From the IMG/VR virus record IMGVR_UViG_3300050821_010673, positions 3,325 through 67,324 of that record: a stretch of 64,000 bases of DNA. One strand, given 5' to 3'. The DNA is from a virus. A model generated the notes under the pieces. It was not told the origin of the DNA. It saw nothing but the letters and a program-made list of their open reading frames with translations, and made no database searches. Below are positions 50,088-59,608 of this stretch, piece by piece. The translations under genes were made by a program, and so were the position numbers. Each line of letters opens with the position of its first letter. Within the stretch, counting starts at the first letter, position 1.

Positions 50088-51383
50088 CTACTTCTTCCCC
50101 TGCGCCATTGCGAGCGCGGCGACACCTCCAGCGCCGAGCAGGAGGAGCATACCGCTGGACGGACCAGGAGACGGAACGGTCGCTCCGGTCGCCGCCTGCG
50201 CGGAGGCGGACTGAACGGCCTGACTGGCCGCCTGGGCGGTCTGCTGGATGACGGCGAGCGCGGCCGGTGTCGGTTGGAGCTGCCCGGCGGCGGCCTGCTG
50301 GATCAGGGCGGTCTTCTGGTCGAGCGTCAGGCCAGCCCAGACGGTCGGCGTGTACCCGGCCGCCAGGAAGGCCGTCTGGTTCTGCTGGTAGACGGCATCG
50401 GCCTGCTGGTTGACCTGGGTCGTCTGGTAGTCGACCTGGGCCTGCAGGACGGCAGCGTTGTGCTGTCCCTGGGCTTTCGCGGCGGCAGCAGCGGCCTTCT
50501 TCTGCTCGAGAGCAATCGTCGTGTCGAGGATTGCAGCAACGGCCTCGGAGGCCCCTAACGTGAACGGCGACAAGACCGTCCCGACGATCGAGATCACGAG
50601 CGGGCCGATCTTGCCCATCTTCGTGAAGATGTTCTCCTTCGACTTGATGTGCTGAGTCAGGTAGGCCTTCTGCTGGCCGGTCTGCGGGTGCGTGTAGATA
50701 ATCCAGTACCACTGGTTCCCGGCGACGCCGACCTGCTTCTGGATCCCGTCCAGCGTGTCGTCGGAGGCGAAGACCGCCGTGCCGCCGTCCTCAGGAGCGA
50801 GGAATCCGTCCGGCAGGACCGTGTAGCCGGACCAGTCGACCGGGTCGTAGTAGACCCACTTCGAATCCGGGCTTTTCTCCGTCGCTGCATCGAGAGCAAT
50901 CGCGTAGTCCAAGGTCACTTTGTCGTTGATCGTCTCGGTTGGGATTCTCTTGACTGTCCCGTCGATCCCGGGAGGTAACGGAGCGTAGATCGGTGACTCA
51001 GTCGCTTTGGCAGTGACTCGTTTTGTGTATTCCTGAATCCCGTCGTGCGTCACATTCCAGCCGATAACGGTCCCCGAAAGTCCACCGGCCGCGGTCGACA
51101 TCCAGACCATCTCGATTCCGTCGAGGTACCTCTTCAGGCCGTTGAAGGGCTTCGACATGTCGATGTTTGTCCAGGCGCTGGGAGACCTTGGGTCGTTGCA
51201 GACTCCCGTCGTTGGGCCGCCGGGGAGACGTGGCGGCACCTCGGAGGTCTGCGCCGTGCCGTCCGCGAGGTACCGGATTGGACACGGATAGAACTGAACC
51301 GAGATCGGTCCGCCGCCCGGCAGACCGGCGGTCGGATCGACGCTGACTCCGAATCCGAGACCGGGACGTCGGACGAACCTCAC
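50088..51383 (-). CDS. putative virion membrane protein
   Basis: N-terminal GLG, Gln/Ala coil, MLLLLGAGGVAALAM-AQGKK anchor. Confidence 0.7.
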   Translation of the reverse strand: MRFVRRPGLGFGVSVDPTAGLPGGGPISVQFYPCPIRYLADGTAQTSEVPPRLPGGPTTGVCNDPRSPSAWTNIDMSKPFNGLKRYLDGIEMVWMSTAAGGLSGTVIGWNVTHDGIQEYTKRVTAKATESPIYAPLPPGIDGTVKRIPTETINDKVTLDYAIALDAATEKSPDSKWVYYDPVDWSGYTVLPDGFLAPEDGGTAVFASDDTLDGIQKQVGVAGNQWYWIIYTHPQTGQQKAYLTQHIKSKENIFTKMGKIGPLVISIVGTVLSPFTLGASEAVAAILDTTIALEQKKAAAAAAKAQGQHNAAVLQAQVDYQTTQVNQQADAVYQQNQTAFLAAGYTPTVWAGLTLDQKTALIQQAAAGQLQPTPAALAVIQQTAQAASQAVQSASAQAATGATVPSPGPSSGMLLLLGAGGVAALAMAQGKK

Positions 51384-52456
51384 CGTCGCTTACCGCCCAT
51401 CGACATCGCCGCAACGGCGGCGGCACCACCGGCCCCGAGCAGCCAGAGCATTCCGCTGCCACCGCTGCTGGGAGGCGGAACGGGAGTAGGTCCGGACGGC
51501 CCACCGGCCGCGGCGACGTTCGAGGCGGCCTGGGTCAGGAGCGCGAGGACCTGACCGCGCGGCATCACCGTCACCTGGGCCCGCAGCGAGTCCGGGATCG
51601 AGATAAATCCGGAGGTCGTCCGGACGCGGAGCCCGGTCCCGACTCCGTCGGCCGAGATCTCGAAGCGGTCTCCGGGCTGCGTGCCGGACTGGACGAGCGA
51701 CGAGATCTGCGTGATGTCGACCGGGTAGTTCGTGATCGTCTGACCCTCGACGGTCAGCGTGTAGCCGGACGCCGACGGCAGTCCGGCCATCTCGTCGGTC
51801 CCGGTCGTGAACGGCGTGGTGGAAGCAGGAGCGACGGGCGCCGGAGCGGCCGGGACAGGCGCCGGAGCGGCGGTCGATTGGTCTTGAGTTGGAGCCGACG
51901 CGGACGGGTCCGGCGGCGGCTGCTCCTGGACGTAGTTGACCGGTCCCTGCGTCTGCATCTGGTAGGACGGATCCGAACTCGGAACCGGAGCGGGCATCGG
52001 GACAGGCGTCGGCGCCGGAGCGAAGGAGGATGAGCCAGGGTCCGGAGCGGGGGCGGGAGTAGGGGCTGGAGTCGGCTTATTCAGGATCGGCGCCCCGGAG
52101 TGGTCCCGGCGTTTCTTCTTCGTGAGCGCGTGCAGACCGGGATCGATCTTCTTGTGGATCCGAACGATCGAATGCAGGATCCGGCTGTGCAGTTTCGCCA
52201 GCCTCTTGAAGAAGCTCTTGCCGAGTCCATCGCCGAGGCCCGTCGCGGTGCCCGAGGCCTGCCGAATGTTCTCCGTGATCGCATCGGCCAGGGCGCGTTC
52301 CGGGTCCGGCTGCCGAAGGATCCAGTGGACCGCTTCATGGGAGTCCGGATGCTGGAGCTCTTCGGCGATGATCGAACGGGACTTCGGCGAGAGGCGCCGG
52401 AAGTTCTGATCCTCGGGCGTCCCCAGGCCATACCCCGGCGCCGCGTAGACTCGCAT
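51380..52456 (-). CDS. putative virion membrane protein, Pro-rich
   Basis: GLGDGLGKSFFKRL, Pro/Ala linker, MLWLLGAGGAAAVAAM-GGKRR anchor. Confidence 0.7.
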   Translation of the reverse strand: MRVYAAPGYGLGTPEDQNFRRLSPKSRSIIAEELQHPDSHEAVHWILRQPDPERALADAITENIRQASGTATGLGDGLGKSFFKRLAKLHSRILHSIVRIHKKIDPGLHALTKKKRRDHSGAPILNKPTPAPTPAPAPDPGSSSFAPAPTPVPMPAPVPSSDPSYQMQTQGPVNYVQEQPPPDPSASAPTQDQSTAAPAPVPAAPAPVAPASTTPFTTGTDEMAGLPSASGYTLTVEGQTITNYPVDITQISSLVQSGTQPGDRFEISADGVGTGLRVRTTSGFISIPDSLRAQVTVMPRGQVLALLTQAASNVAAAGGPSGPTPVPPPSSGGSGMLWLLGAGGAAAVAAMSMGGKRR

Positions 52457-52470
52457 CGGATCCTCCGTCC

Positions 52471-52869
52471 TTAGATTGGAATCGCTTTCAGGACGACCGG
52501 GACAAGACCGATGGCGATCCTCCCGATGTCCTCGATAATGACCATGAAGGTCGACGGAGCCGCGTCGACGATGTCCTTCACGATCGCGTCGGCCTCCTCC
52601 TTGATTCCCTGACGCCAGAGGTCGACCTGGAGCTTCAGGTCGGCCTTCGCGTCGGGATCCGACGTGATCGCATAGAGGACGAGGGACTTCGCCGCCTCGA
52701 TGCTCGCATCCTCGAGGAAGGCGAGCGCATTCGGGTGCGCGGTGAAGAATCCGGTGGCCGCCGCACCGAGGGCGGCCTTCGCGTCGGCCAGGATCGAGGC
52801 ACCTATGGCCGACCAGTCGAGTCCGGACGGCGCCGGAGCGGGGACGGGTGCGGGAGTCGTTGGACCCAT
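52471..52869 (-). CDS. hypothetical amphipathic protein
   Basis: AAGGAG RBS; helical. Confidence 0.6.
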   Translation of the reverse strand: MGPTTPAPVPAPAPSGLDWSAIGASILADAKAALGAAATGFFTAHPNALAFLEDASIEAAKSLVLYAITSDPDAKADLKLQVDLWRQGIKEEADAIVKDIVDAAPSTFMVIIEDIGRIAIGLVPVVLKAIPI

Positions 52870-52895
52870 GGAATTTCTCCTTCGTTCTTCAGGGA

Positions 52896-53504
52896 CTACC
52901 GATGGACCGACGTGAACAGGGTCAGGTGCCCGCTGACCTCTCCGTTCCAGGCCCGGATCGTCCCGGCGGACAGCTTCGGGTCGCTGGCGACGTAGGCCTG
53001 GAACTGCGCCATCATAGCCTGCTCCTCCGCGGGGTCCACGGAGCGAGGGTCGGCCTTGATCTTCGCGGCGTGGGCGTCGATGGCGGCCTGACCGATGACG
53101 GGGGTCTTCCCGGCCGCCACGTCGGCTGCGACGTACTTCGCCATATCCTTCAGGATCAGCGCCTCGCCCGTCTGGAAGTCCGCCAGCGTCTTTGCGTCGA
53201 TCGCGGAGCATCCGATCGCCAGGGCCAAGGCTCCGACGAGAAGGATCTGGGCCGACGTCTTGATGATGGTTCGGGAGACCGTGTGGCCCGTCGCTCCCAG
53301 GAGCATCGCGGCCACGCCCAGGATCTGCGTGATCTTGTCGTTCGGGTTCGGGTGGATGAGCGAGTTGATCGTCATCGCGGCGCCCACGACGACCGTGAAC
53401 GTGTTGAGCCAGAACTCCGTGGTCTTCCAGGCGACCTTCACGGGAGTTGGAACCGGGCCGTTTCCGGGATTGCCCGTCTGACCGCCCACTGCTTCGTCCA
53501 CCAT
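52896..53504 (-). CDS. holin-like N-terminus fused to lipoprotein-like domain
   Basis: WKTTEFW plus two TMs, then ALAIGC lipobox-like motif. Confidence 0.5.
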   Translation of the reverse strand: MVDEAVGGQTGNPGNGPVPTPVKVAWKTTEFWLNTFTVVVGAAMTINSLIHPNPNDKITQILGVAAMLLGATGHTVSRTIIKTSAQILLVGALALAIGCSAIDAKTLADFQTGEALILKDMAKYVAADVAAGKTPVIGQAAIDAHAAKIKADPRSVDPAEEQAMMAQFQAYVASDPKLSAGTIRAWNGEVSGHLTLFTSVHR

Positions 53505-53574
53505 ACTGTTCTCCTCTATCAATTTTCCCGCCCGCCCCGGGCTTTCCGCCAGTACTCACCGATCGCCGGATCAG

Positions 53575-53600
53575 AACCGCCCGGCTAGGGACGGGCGGTT
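53575..53600 (-). terminator. hairpin
   Basis: AACCGCCC/GGGCGGTT. Confidence 0.4.
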
Positions 53601-53832
53601 GTCCAATTATACTAGTCCGGCTCGCCGGACTGAAGCCGTTTCCTCGTCTCGACCTTCTTCTCGAGCCGGTCGATCAGGAGGTCCAGGTTCCGCAGCGCCT
53701 CGGCCTTCTGGGCGTCCGGGATAGACGGATCTTCGGCGAGCTCGACCAGCTTCTGGGCCTCCTCGCCGAGCTCCCGACGGGAAATCGCCGATTTGATACA
53801 GAGCATTCTCGCCGTCCTCTTTGTCAGGATGC

Positions 53833-54108
53833 TCATACGACTTTACCTCCTCGGTCCCGGTCCCGGTGCCGTTCCATCTGACTCCGGGCGACCCGGAGCA
53901 TCGCCAGGATCTCCTCGGCCTCGTTGTGCTTTGCGGCGTTGCAGGCCTTCAAGTCCTCGTACAACTTCGACAGCCACTTCGTGGCGAATCCGGAGACCGC
54001 CATGAGCGCCGTCCCAAGGGCGACGATGATCGTCCAGGAGACCGGGCTGATGGCTCCGGACGGAGGATCGACCCTGGACATCGCGAGCACCGACAACAGA
54101 AGGTTCAC
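53833..54108 (-). CDS. small TM protein (holin-like)
   Basis: One TM followed by a coiled coil. Confidence 0.5.
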   Translation of the reverse strand: MNLLLSVLAMSRVDPPSGAISPVSWTIIVALGTALMAVSGFATKWLSKLYEDLKACNAAKHNEAEEILAMLRVARSQMERHRDRDRGGKVV

Positions 54109-54146
54109 CCAGCCTCCTCACCCCGGTCTCCATTAGTCTACACCGA

Positions 54147-54875
54147 TCACATCATGAAAGCAGCATTCCTGGTCGTTACGGGTGGAGGCGGCAACGGCGG
54201 CGGACTGCCGACCGTGTGGATGGCCGGAGACGTCCCCGCCAGGACCCCGGCCCAGCCGTTGCCCGAGGTGTCGTCGTAGACGACGATCCAGCCGTCCCCA
54301 CCGTTTCCGGAACTGGTGCCAGGGCCACCAGTCCCCCCGCCGCCCCCACCGCCGCCTCCGGACTGTCCGTTCACGCCGTTCGCGTTGATCGCCCCGCCAT
54401 CCCCGCCGGACGGGCCGTTGCCGTCGCCGTCGGTTCCTCCCGTCGGAACCGCTCCCGCCTGACCGGCCGCCTCCCGGCCGCCGCCGCCGCCGCCGCCTCC
54501 GCCCGGAGCGAGCGCGAAGGTCGTCGTCGCTCCGGTCCCTCCGTCGAACGTCGTGTCCCCGACGGAGTTCGACGCGAGACCCGGAGCGCCGCCGGTCGGC
54601 TCGAAGGGGGCCGCGTGGCCTCCTTCGGCGCGAACGGTGGCGCCATTGATGAAAAAGGACTCGTCCCCGTCCCCGTTGACCCCGAGGCCCTGGCGGATCA
54701 GGTACGGATTCCCGATGATCGTCACGATCCCGGCCTTGCGGGCGTAGGCTCCGGCGCCGCCTCCGCCTCCAGCCGCCGGGAAATTCTGTCCGATTCGGCC
54801 CTGTCCGCCCGAGGCGCGGCACTCGACGAGGACCTTCGCCACCGTCGCGGTCCAGGACGTATCGGAGTGGGCCAT
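54147..54875 (-). CDS. glycine-rich virion (fibre/spike-type) protein
   Basis: GGGGGAGAYA, poly-Gly, GNGGDGWIVV. Confidence 0.7.
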   Translation of the reverse strand: MAHSDTSWTATVAKVLVECRASGGQGRIGQNFPAAGGGGGAGAYARKAGIVTIIGNPYLIRQGLGVNGDGDESFFINGATVRAEGGHAAPFEPTGGAPGLASNSVGDTTFDGGTGATTTFALAPGGGGGGGGGREAAGQAGAVPTGGTDGDGNGPSGGDGGAINANGVNGQSGGGGGGGGGTGGPGTSSGNGGDGWIVVYDDTSGNGWAGVLAGTSPAIHTVGSPPPLPPPPVTTRNAAFMM

Positions 54876-54885
54876 TTCTTACAGT

Positions 54886-55281
54886 CTAAAAGAAGACCTG
54901 GACGGTCAGATCCGCCCCAGCCGTCCCGCTGCCGACGTTCGTGATGACCGCCGCCAGCGCCTGGGTGTCCAGGATCTGGGTGAGCGACAACGAGACGGTT
55001 CCCTCGAGATTTCCGTCGGGAATCGTCACGGTTCCGAGCGTGGAGACGACGGCACCGGTCGACCTCGTGATCAGCTGGATGTCGACGGTGATGTTGGCGC
55101 CGACCGGGGCGACCTTGACCTGAGCGGTGGCCTGACTCACGTAGGTGTTGCGTCCCGGCACCCACAAGATCTTGTCGTTGTCGGTCGTCGTCAGGTTGCC
55201 GGGGACCGTGAAGACGGCGGTCGGAGAGGAGTCGAGGAACTGCGACGACCGGCCCGTATTGAACCTCTGAACCGTCGGCAT
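54886..55281 (-). CDS. beta-rich structural protein
   Basis: APVGANITVDI, VGSGTAGADLTV. Confidence 0.65.
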   Translation of the reverse strand: MPTVQRFNTGRSSQFLDSSPTAVFTVPGNLTTTDNDKILWVPGRNTYVSQATAQVKVAPVGANITVDIQLITRSTGAVVSTLGTVTIPDGNLEGTVSLSLTQILDTQALAAVITNVGSGTAGADLTVQVFF

Positions 55282-56000
55282 TACGGCACCACCTTGTAGA
55301 GAGCCCAGTTCAGCGTACAGGAGGGAGTTCCGGCGTTCGACCGAGCCTGAAGGACGGTGTTTCCGCCGCTGAAGACCAGATCGTAGTAGACGGCGCCCAT
55401 TGGGGGCGCCGCGAGCGTGCTCCCCTGGGAGAGCGCCAGGGGCGCCCCTCCGGGCGCATCGAACGTGACGAAGGGGACGTAGACGAACGGTGAGCCACCC
55501 GGCAGCGGGACCGAAGCGAGGTTGACCGTCGCTCCGGAGACGATTGGTGTCTGTCCGCTCGCGACGAGAGTCCAGGCTCCCGGCGGGCCGCCTCCGGCCC
55601 CCGGACCGGTGCCGACCCCGATGTCGACGTAGTGGAGCTCGTAGGTCGAATGGCTCCCCGCGAAGCTGTCGCGCACCTCGACCTTGTACTCGATGAAGGG
55701 CGGACGGGACTGGGAGCCGGGAGTCCAGAAGTATGTCTGCGGGTCGAGGACGTAGTCCCAGCCCGCCGGGATCACATGCTCGACCGCATTGACCACACCG
55801 TACTTGTCGGTGACGGTCTCCCGGACGACCATGTCGTTCACGCCGCCCGTGTTGACGATCGTCCCGATCCCGATCAGACCGGTCGACTGGACGGCGTCCA
55901 GAACCACGGCGTTGACGGCTGTGGTCGTGCCGATCTTGTCGACGACGTCTCCGACCGGGGCGATCTCCCGGGGGCCGCTGGGACCTCCACCTGACGCCAT
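55281..56000 (-). CDS. two-domain beta-rich structural protein
   Basis: Beta-rich domains joined by a Gly/Pro linker. Confidence 0.65.
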   Translation of the reverse strand: MASGGGPSGPREIAPVGDVVDKIGTTTAVNAVVLDAVQSTGLIGIGTIVNTGGVNDMVVRETVTDKYGVVNAVEHVIPAGWDYVLDPQTYFWTPGSQSRPPFIEYKVEVRDSFAGSHSTYELHYVDIGVGTGPGAGGGPPGAWTLVASGQTPIVSGATVNLASVPLPGGSPFVYVPFVTFDAPGGAPLALSQGSTLAAPPMGAVYYDLVFSGGNTVLQARSNAGTPSCTLNWALYKVVP

Positions 56001-56003
56001 AGT

Positions 56004-56303
56004 CTACATCTCCAGCTGCAGTCCGGCCTCGGATGCCACGACCTTCGCCTGCTCGAGGGCCTTCGCGTGGATCTTGTCGTCCAGCTCCTTCAGGACCAGC
56101 AGGAGCGCGGCCTTTCCCTCCGGACTGAAGTCGGTGTCCTCGAACTTCATGTCCGACTCCTTCATCTGGAGCGGGAGACGATGTTTCGCGCCCAGGTGCA
56201 GTCTCGGCTGGGACGAGACCGTGACGACAATCGCGGGCTCACCGCCGTCGTGGACGCCCCTCGCGATCGTGATCGGACCCTTCGGGATCTTGAGTGTCGC
56301 CAT
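56004..56303 (-). CDS. hypothetical protein
   Basis: GGAGG RBS, ATG. Confidence 0.55.
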   Translation of the reverse strand: MATLKIPKGPITIARGVHDGGEPAIVVTVSSQPRLHLGAKHRLPLQMKESDMKFEDTDFSPEGKAALLLVLKELDDKIHAKALEQAKVVASEAGLQLEM

Positions 56304-56313
56304 CGTCCCTCCG

Positions 56314-57552
56314 TCAGGCCGCCTGCAGCGGCAGTATGTATTTCTTCCCGACCACACGGTCGATCACGTAGAGCTTCCGTGGGTCCTCGGTGTCGTCGTC
56401 GGGCTTCGCCTCGCGGATCGTCCACTTCGCGCTCGCGTCGCTGTTCTCGAGCTCGAGGTCGCCGGAGGTGATCGTAACGCCCCGAATCAGGCTCCAGCGG
56501 CGTGCGTTCGTACCGACCGAGCCGGTCGCGTCGGCCGTCGGGACGAACTCGCCGGTCGACAGGAACTGCGCACGCTCGACGGCGTCCGTCACGAAGCGGA
56601 TAGGGTCCGTCGAGACCGTCCCGACGTAGAGCGGGACGAAGTTCCCCTGGACGAAGGCCTCTGAGGCGGCGACGTTCCCGAAGCCGGACGTCGGCGTGAA
56701 GTCGGACGACGTCTGGCCGACCCGACACTGGCCGGGCGCCCCGGCGGCGACGAAGTACGCGAGCGCCGCCGCCAGCGTTCCGTTCGTCGCGTTCTGGATC
56801 TGGATGAGCGACTGGCTGTTCACGTCCCGTCGGAAGATCGCCGTCTCGACGCCGGATCCGGCCACCGCACCGATCAAGAATGAGCCGTCCGCGGCGAAGC
56901 GGCCCCACTCGACGTTGGCGACGTTGAACCGGACGGGCTTCGCCGTCTGAGTCCCCAGGACGACACTCGTCCCGAATCCCAGGAAGGCCGTCTCGTCGGA
57001 CAGGACGCCGTCCGTCCCGGACGGCCAGCCGCTGCCGAGGATGTTCTCCCCGCCGGTGTGACCCAGGTCGTTGATGCAGACGATCGACGCCCCGGCGGCC
57101 CCGGCGTTCGGGTTCTGGAGCGTGATCGTCAGCTGGTCGTCGAGGTCCTTGTTGAAGTGCGCGATGTCGGCGTTCGGGTAGAACGGCGTCGTCGCACCGA
57201 CCAGGAGACGCGGTCCGGTCCAGTGGATGTTCGGGCCGTTGTCGACGATCCGGCCATACTCCTGGTTGTTCGCGAAGAGCCGGACCGCGAAGTCGTCGAG
57301 GCTCCCCAGGATCTTGTCGGCGCCGATGACGTCGCCCGTCTTGTGCCACGCCGAGGCGTCGGTGCCGGTCGCCATGATCGTGATCGCCCCGCCGGGCCCT
57401 CCGTCGATCAGGGAGATCCCGGTCCCGGCCGTCAGGCTTCGGGCGTTCGGAAGGAAGGCAGTCGGAGCGATGAGGATGTACGTCGCATCGGCCGGAGCTC
57501 CGCTACCCCCGCCGCCGGGACCACCGCCAGGACCTGACCCACCAGAGGCCAT
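56314..57552 (-). CDS. putative spike/receptor-binding fibre
   Basis: GAPADATY..LPNARSLTAGTGI; repeated F.....E..RF...G...G fibre units; GDLEL..WTIRE C-terminus. Confidence 0.7.
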   Translation of the reverse strand: MASGGSGPGGGPGGGGSGAPADATYILIAPTAFLPNARSLTAGTGISLIDGGPGGAITIMATGTDASAWHKTGDVIGADKILGSLDDFAVRLFANNQEYGRIVDNGPNIHWTGPRLLVGATTPFYPNADIAHFNKDLDDQLTITLQNPNAGAAGASIVCINDLGHTGGENILGSGWPSGTDGVLSDETAFLGFGTSVVLGTQTAKPVRFNVANVEWGRFAADGSFLIGAVAGSGVETAIFRRDVNSQSLIQIQNATNGTLAAALAYFVAAGAPGQCRVGQTSSDFTPTSGFGNVAASEAFVQGNFVPLYVGTVSTDPIRFVTDAVERAQFLSTGEFVPTADATGSVGTNARRWSLIRGVTITSGDLELENSDASAKWTIREAKPDDDTEDPRKLYVIDRVVGKKYILPLQAA

Positions 57553-57561
57553 TCGTTCACA

Positions 57562-58455
57562 TCAAACCCAAACGAGAGCTTCGATGATCGTCACGAAAGG
57601 ATGAGTCGGATTTCCGGCCTTGACGATCGTCGTGAAGACCGGGCTGGGCGCGCCGGTCACGACGAAGACCATATCGAGCGTGTGGTAGCCCTCGGCGAGA
57701 GTCGGATCGTACGGAGGCGTCGTCACCGGCCAGACTCCGCTGCCGTTGAAATTGTTGTTCGTCTGGACCGGAGAGGTCGTCGTCGAGTCGACGCCGATCC
57801 CGAGCGACATGTCTCCGACGCCGACCCCCTGTGGCTCGACGATGGCCGAACAGCGGATCCTGGCCGCGCTGATCCCGTCCGAGATGAAGGAGATCCGGCT
57901 GGGGCCGCTGGCCGCCGCCGCCCAGACAGCCGCTGCAGGCTGGCTGAACGAGCCGAAGTCGACGCCGTCGTTGTATCCGGGGGTCGCGAAGATCGACTGC
58001 TGCCGCTGATTGTACTGGTTGACGATAAGGGCGTTCAGCTGGGAGCTCTCGAACTGCGGCGTCCCGTTCAGGCGGACCCAGCCGACGAAGCGCCAGTTGA
58101 GAGCGTTCCCGGCGTTTCCGAGATACTTGACGCCGTTCACAAGCGTCGGCGGCGTCGCCGAGAGTCGGATCGTCCCAGGCGCGAAGGTTGCCTTCTTATT
58201 CGAGAGGTAGACGTAGTAGAGCGTGCTGGCGACCCCGGCCGCGCCGGAGTCCGCTCCGGCCGCCGTGATCAGGTGATCGGTCACGAGCGTCGTAAGACCA
58301 AGGGTCGGGATCGTGACCGTCTGACCAGAGACGACAACCTTGTTTCCGTTGCACTGACCAAGGGTCAGGGTATTCGAGACCCCCGCCAGATCCGTCTTGA
58401 GACGGGCCTGGAAGATCGTCGCAGGAGACTGGTTTCCGATTCCTCCGTCAGCCAT
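57562..58455 (-). CDS. putative spike/structural protein
   Basis: ASTLYYVY, RFVGWVR, NQYN motifs seen in phage fibre proteins. Confidence 0.65.
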   Translation of the reverse strand: MADGGIGNQSPATIFQARLKTDLAGVSNTLTLGQCNGNKVVVSGQTVTIPTLGLTTLVTDHLITAAGADSGAAGVASTLYYVYLSNKKATFAPGTIRLSATPPTLVNGVKYLGNAGNALNWRFVGWVRLNGTPQFESSQLNALIVNQYNQRQQSIFATPGYNDGVDFGSFSQPAAAVWAAAASGPSRISFISDGISAARIRCSAIVEPQGVGVGDMSLGIGVDSTTTSPVQTNNNFNGSGVWPVTTPPYDPTLAEGYHTLDMVFVVTGAPSPVFTTIVKAGNPTHPFVTIIEALVWV

Positions 58456-58869
58456 TTACGCGATCTCCACGATCCAGGAGACGCCGTCGTTCGCATCGTC
58501 CGCGTCGATCCAGATCGCCGAGACCCCCGTCAGGGCGAGCTCGACGAAGGCCCCCGGCTCGAGAGGGGTCGCCTTTGCGTGGTTCTGGGCGTCGGCGGCG
58601 GACGGTCCGACGTAGATCGTACCATTGTTTGTGATCAGAGCCCGAACAAAGATCTGGAATCCGTTCGGGACGGCCTGGGCCTGGAGCTGTGCGGCGGTCC
58701 CCGGGACGGCGACGGTCTGCTGGTTGGCCGCAAAAGTCGGCTGGTTCGGCGGAGCTCCGCCGCCCCCGCCTCCGCCGGTCACCGGCAGCGGATTCAGGGG
58801 GCCGATCGGAATGCCGTCCTCGTCGTGCAGGACCGACGGCCAGAGGTTTGGATTAAGTGGCGCGGGCAT
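58456..58869 (-). CDS. small beta-sandwich structural protein (penton-like?)
   Basis: NPLPV, VPNGF, NNGTIYVG, LEPGA. Confidence 0.6.
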   Translation of the reverse strand: MPAPLNPNLWPSVLHDEDGIPIGPLNPLPVTGGGGGGGAPPNQPTFAANQQTVAVPGTAAQLQAQAVPNGFQIFVRALITNNGTIYVGPSAADAQNHAKATPLEPGAFVELALTGVSAIWIDADDANDGVSWIVEIA

Positions 58870-58882
58870 CGTCTCTCCTTCT

Positions 58883-59608
58883 CTAGGCCTCGAAGTCCCC
58901 GGTCTCAAACTCCGAAGCTCCGCCCTTGGCGCTGGCCCAGTAGTAGTAGAATCCGAAGACGCCGCGGACCGTGATATCGACGCCGGAGCGGTTCTCGATC
59001 AGACCCTGGAACTGACAGCGCCCCCGCAGGCCGAACTGGAGGCCTGCCTCGTAGAAGTTCAGGGGAGTCCCGACGCCCGGCCAGACCGTCGTCCGTCCGG
59101 CCTGGATCGCATGGGAGGTCCCGTAGGACGACGGGTTCTGGTCGTCCCAGACCGGGATGATGTTGCTCGACGGACGGGCGTCGTTCTTCTTGCCGAGCTG
59201 GAACCAGAACTCGAGCTGGGAGTTCAGGAGCGGCGCGATCGGCGCGACGTCGAGACCCAGGAACGACGAGACGGCGCGCTGACGGTCGGCAATCTCGCGG
59301 TCGAAGACGAGCCCGATCGAGCCAGCCGGAATCACGAGCGACGATCGGACCTTGATCAGCGGCTTCGAGAACCAGGGCGGCTGATTGAAGGCCGGGAACT
59401 TAACGAAGCAGACCCGAGGCTTCGCGCAGGGATCCGGCTGAGGCGGACAGGACGGGTCGAAGACGACGTCCTGCGGACGAGGCTCGCCCTGACCGGCGTC
59501 GCGCCAGCCCTCGTTGTGGTACTCCTCGTGGTCCGGACCGCCCATGCCGCCTCCTCTGGGAGGTCTCGGCGGCCCTGGCGGGCGTCCGGGCGGTTTTCTA
59601 GCTGACAT
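58883..59608 (-). CDS. putative jelly-roll structural protein
   Basis: Beta-rich; position in the capsid cluster; ends VRGVFGFYYY. Confidence 0.5.
   Translation of the reverse strand: MSARKPPGRPPGPPRPPRGGGMGGPDHEEYHNEGWRDAGQGEPRPQDVVFDPSCPPQPDPCAKPRVCFVKFPAFNQPPWFSKPLIKVRSSLVIPAGSIGLVFDREIADRQRAVSSFLGLDVAPIAPLLNSQLEFWFQLGKKNDARPSSNIIPVWDDQNPSSYGTSHAIQAGRTTVWPGVGTPLNFYEAGLQFGLRGRCQFQGLIENRSGVDITVRGVFGFYYYWASAKGGASEFETGDFEA

Noticed and set aside
54147-58455. Tail-fibre-like genes as proof of a tailed phage
   Set aside because: Such domains also occur in vertex spikes, and no other tail or head-tail genes are visible in the window.
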